64,000 nucleotides of DNA. Source: Spirochaetota bacterium (GTDB lineage Bacteria; Spirochaetota; Spirochaetia; Treponematales; UBA12059). Below the pieces are notes generated by a model. That model was not told the origin of the DNA. It ran no database searches and was given only the letters and a program-made list of their open reading frames with translations. The stretch covers positions 12,577-76,576 of the forward strand of contig JAPLSN010000011.1 in the NCBI GenBank assembly GCA_026398615.1. The letters are read 5' to 3'. Below, in pieces: positions 61,217-64,000 of this stretch; within the stretch, counting starts at the first letter, position 1, and each line of letters opens with the position of its first letter. A program made the position numbers and the translations under genes.

Positions 61217-62458
61217 ATGGACAGGAATTTCCTCGAAAAATACGCGAACGTCCTCCTCACCGCGGTGAACATCCAGAAGGGCCAGAACCTCCTCGTCAGG
61301 GGCGAACCCGTCCATGCCGGATTCGCCTCGATCATCGCGGCGGAGGCTTACAAGCGCGGCGCGCGCTACGTGCGATTCGACAACAACGAGATAGAGAACC
61401 CCGCCCTGTACCGCGCGCGCATCGAGCATTCGGACCCGGGCTTCCTGGAGTACGTTCCCCAGTTCCGTCTCGATTTCCTCAAGACCCTGGTCGAGGAGAA
61501 CTGGGCGCTCATCGCGATCCGGACTCCCGAGGATCCCGGATCGCTCGCCGCCCTCGACCAGGAGCGGAACGCGGTCGTCGGGCGGGCGATCGCCGAAGCG
61601 TCCAGGCCCTGGCAGCGCCGCGTCAACAACAACGAGATCGCCTGGCTCGTCGCCTTCGCCCCGACCGAAAAACTCGCAGGCAAGATCATGGAAAAAACCG
61701 CCGGCCCCGACGCCGTCGAAGAGCTCTGGAAGGTCCTCATCCCCATCCTCAGGCTGGACCGGGAGGACCCGGCCGCCTTCTGGGCCGAGCACGGCAAGCG
61801 CCTCGCCCGCCGCGCCGAATCCATCACCGCGCTCAAGCTGGCCAAGATCAGGTTCAGGGGTCCCGGCACGGACTTCGTCATCGGCCTGTCGGATCGCGCG
61901 CTCTGGCACGGTGGTCCGTCCCTCACGCCGCGCGGGATCGAGTTCGAGCCGAACATCCCCACCGAGGAGGTGTACACGAGCCCCGACTGCCGCGTCGCCG
62001 AGGGAAGGGTGGCTTTCACGCGCCCCGTCTTCGTTCCGAGTGTCGGAAAGATCATCGAGGACGGCTGGCTGGAATTCAGGAACGGCGAAGTCGCCGACTA
62101 CGGCGCCGCCGCGGGCAAGGACGTGCTCGACACCTACTTCGCCCTCGATCCGAACGCGAAGCGGCTCGGTGAGGTCGCCCTGGTCGACGTCGACTCGCCG
62201 ATCTTCAAGTCCAACCGGGTGTTCTACAACATCCTTTTTGACGAGAACGCTTCGTGCCACATCGCGCTCGGTTCCGCCTACCCGGGCTGCCTGCGCGGCG
62301 GGGAATCCATGGGCGAGGACGAGCTGCGCTCCATCGGCGCCAACTTCGCGAACGTCCACACGGATTTCATGATCGGGTCGCCCGAGGTCGAGGTTTCCGG
62401 CGTGACGCGCGACGGGGAAATCATCCCGATCATACGGAACGGCATCTTCACGCTCTGA
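61217..62458 (+). CDS. Aminopeptidase, M29 (AmpS/AmpT) family
   Basis: LEKYA, NIPTEEVYTSP, LGEVALV, ILFDENASCHIALG.AY, VHTDFMIGS. Confidence 0.93.
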   Translation: MDRNFLEKYANVLLTAVNIQKGQNLLVRGEPVHAGFASIIAAEAYKRGARYVRFDNNEIENPALYRARIEHSDPGFLEYVPQFRLDFLKTLVEENWALIAIRTPEDPGSLAALDQERNAVVGRAIAEASRPWQRRVNNNEIAWLVAFAPTEKLAGKIMEKTAGPDAVEELWKVLIPILRLDREDPAAFWAEHGKRLARRAESITALKLAKIRFRGPGTDFVIGLSDRALWHGGPSLTPRGIEFEPNIPTEEVYTSPDCRVAEGRVAFTRPVFVPSVGKIIEDGWLEFRNGEVADYGAAAGKDVLDTYFALDPNAKRLGEVALVDVDSPIFKSNRVFYNILFDENASCHIALGSAYPGCLRGGESMGEDELRSIGANFANVHTDFMIGSPEVEVSGVTRDGEIIPIIRNGIFTL

Positions 62459-62576
62459 GACTTGGCAAGGAATTTGCCACTGAGGCACGGTGCGCAGGCC
62501 GAGCCAGATCGGCGCTTCCCGCCCTCCCGGTCGGCCGCGCCCCCGGCGCGTTTCGTCCCCTCGTCCCCGCGCCGGG

Positions 62577-62927
62577 TCACCGCGTTCCTCCTTCGAGCCG
62601 CCGGTACGCGGCCGCATTCTTTTCGTATTCCGTCTTCATGCCCGAGAGCAGGTATCCGCCTTGCCCGGTGATCCGGTAGTATTTGCGTGGATGCCCGGAA
62701 TCCGGCGTCGTCCAGGAAGCGGCCAGGCTCTCCTCCCGCGTCATCCTCATGAGCAGCGGATACAGCGTGCCCTCCGAAACCCCGAGCCCGGCCCCGTTCA
62801 GGCTCTCCATCATGTCAAGGCCATAGCTCGGGCCCTTCCCCGCGAGCAGGACCAGCACACACAGGTCAAGGAAGCCCTTCCTGCTCTGCGTGCGCCATTT
62901 TCCGATCAGGATATCGGTTTCTTCCAT
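62577..62927 (-). CDS. PadR-family transcriptional regulator
   Basis: Q.RKG.LDLCVL, YG, EGTLYPLL.R, PRKYY.IT.QG; GAGGAG SD. Confidence 0.92.
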   Translation of the reverse strand: MEETDILIGKWRTQSRKGFLDLCVLVLLAGKGPSYGLDMMESLNGAGLGVSEGTLYPLLMRMTREESLAASWTTPDSGHPRKYYRITGQGGYLLSGMKTEYEKNAAAYRRLEGGTR

Positions 62928-62988
62928 AATTGCTCCTCCTCTTGCCGTGAAAAGTCATCTATAATCAGGAAATTTGGATTTGCCATTA

Positions 62989-63007
62989 TATCTTGCATTG
63001 CATAATA
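62989..63007. promoter_or_regulatory. Imperfect palindrome upstream of padR (candidate autoregulatory site)
   Basis: TATctTGCAtTGCAtaATA in an AT-rich patch. Confidence 0.4.
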
Positions 63008-63431
63008 TAATATTATGAATCGGCTTCGTCCAGTGAATACTGTAAAAATCGTTAAGGGTTGAGGGAACCGGATTTCAGTCGGCAGGGCAGGTGGCAAAGG
63101 ACGATCGGACCCTTTTCACAAGCCGGAGTTCGGTCTCCGAGGGGGATGGCTGCGGGTCGGCAAGCTCAGGCCTGTCCTGGAGTCCGCCTGCGATGCCTTC
63201 GGATTCCGGCAGGACTGTCGGTGCGGAGGGAGACGAGGAACATCGTCATGGTCGGTGTCAGTACCGCTTTGGGGAGGAAAGATTGGCCAGCGGCCGCGTC
63301 ATCCGCAGGGATGCCTTCCAGATCCGTTGGCAGGGTGCATGGCAAGAGGAAAACGAAGGACGGTCCCGATCTGCACCATGTAAAGACCGCCGCCGTGCCG
63401 CGGCGTGCGATGACGAAGCCCCGGGAAAACG

Positions 63432-63477
63432 AAAAGCCATCCCGACGCCGCTCTGGGGGAGCGGCGAACGGGATGGC
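63432..63477 (-). terminator. Terminator after the histone-like gene
   Basis: gccatcccg..cgccgctc / gagcggcg..cgggatggc stem with A-runs. Confidence 0.7.
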
Positions 63478-63506
63478 CGGTCATGACGAAACGGTCAGCG
63501 ACGGTT

Positions 63507-63824
63507 TCAGCCGAAGAACGACTTCGGATCGACGACCGGGGCCGTTTCCGGTTTGGTTTCCGGTTTCTTCCCAGCCGGTTTCTTCACCGCGACCTTCTTG
63601 ACGGCCGGTTTCTTCAGCAACGGCTTCTTGGCGACGGGTTTCTTCTCCGCGACCTTCTTGGCAGCCGGTTTCTTGAGCGGCGTCTTCTTGGCGACGGGTT
63701 TCTTCACCGCGGCTTTCTTGACGGCCGGTTTCTTCGCCGCAGCCGGTTTCGCGGTTTTGACCGCCGTTTTTTTCACTGCCGTCGTCGCGGGGGCGGCGGT
63801 CATCGAGGACGCTTTCTTGGGCAT
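63507..63824 (-). CDS. Histone H1-like Lys/Ala/Pro-rich protein
   Basis: Repeated KKPA[AV]/KKPVA pentapeptides (15-bp periodicity); GGAGG upstream; terminator downstream. Confidence 0.85.
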   Translation of the reverse strand: MPKKASSMTAAPATTAVKKTAVKTAKPAAAKKPAVKKAAVKKPVAKKTPLKKPAAKKVAEKKPVAKKPLLKKPAVKKVAVKKPAGKKPETKPETAPVVDPKSFFG

Positions 63825-64000
63825 CTTCTCTCCTCCGTTAGGAATCCGTCCGCCTTGGCGGGGGACTCCATCCGTCCACTGGCGGACGGTGCTCTCGAAA
63901 TAATGTACGCCGACGGCGCATCGCCGTCGAAACCCGGTCGACCGATCCGAAACAACGTCGTTCCGATCGACCGTTCGTTCTCACCTGAAATGATACAGTA

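Noticed and set aside
63040-63430. Riboswitch/ncRNA or 131-180-aa ORFs between padR and the histone-like gene
   Set aside because: No cobalamin, c-di-GMP, RNase P or tmRNA consensus recognised; the ORFs lack coding-like composition.

Overview
High-GC bacterial chromosome segment, probably from a free-living anaerobic spirochaete (inferred from Treponema-like N-termini of SecD and ValS, and BMP-family binding proteins). Left part: a partial acyl-CoA dehydratase-activase multidomain gene, a LolCDE/MacB-type export cluster, an oppABCDF operon, panB with uncharacterised neighbours, PFOR (nifJ), an MCP and NfnAB. Middle: a decayed binding-protein/PAS-kinase locus, a U32 protein, a CNNM protein, tRNA-Cys, yajC-secD-secF and carbamate kinase with a duplicated 3' end. 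The most notable block (about 41.9-56.0 kb) looks like a nucleoside-scavenging superlocus: udk, a nucleoside-type ABC importer with two BMP proteins, and a DeoR regulator divergent from a sugar-phosphate-utilisation (SPU-like) bacterial microcompartment operon (2 BMC-H, 1 BMC-T, 4 BMC-P, aldehyde dehydrogenase, RpiB, DeoC with an encapsulation-peptide-like N-terminus). A second, convergent deoC has Gln in place of the Schiff-base lysine and lies downstream of valS and a stand-alone (p)ppGpp-hydrolase-like gene. The right end holds an FAD oxidoreductase, an M29 aminopeptidase, PadR and a histone H1-like protein. No CRISPR array, rRNA, transposase or prophage was seen. All family assignments come from motif recognition by eye, not from database searches.
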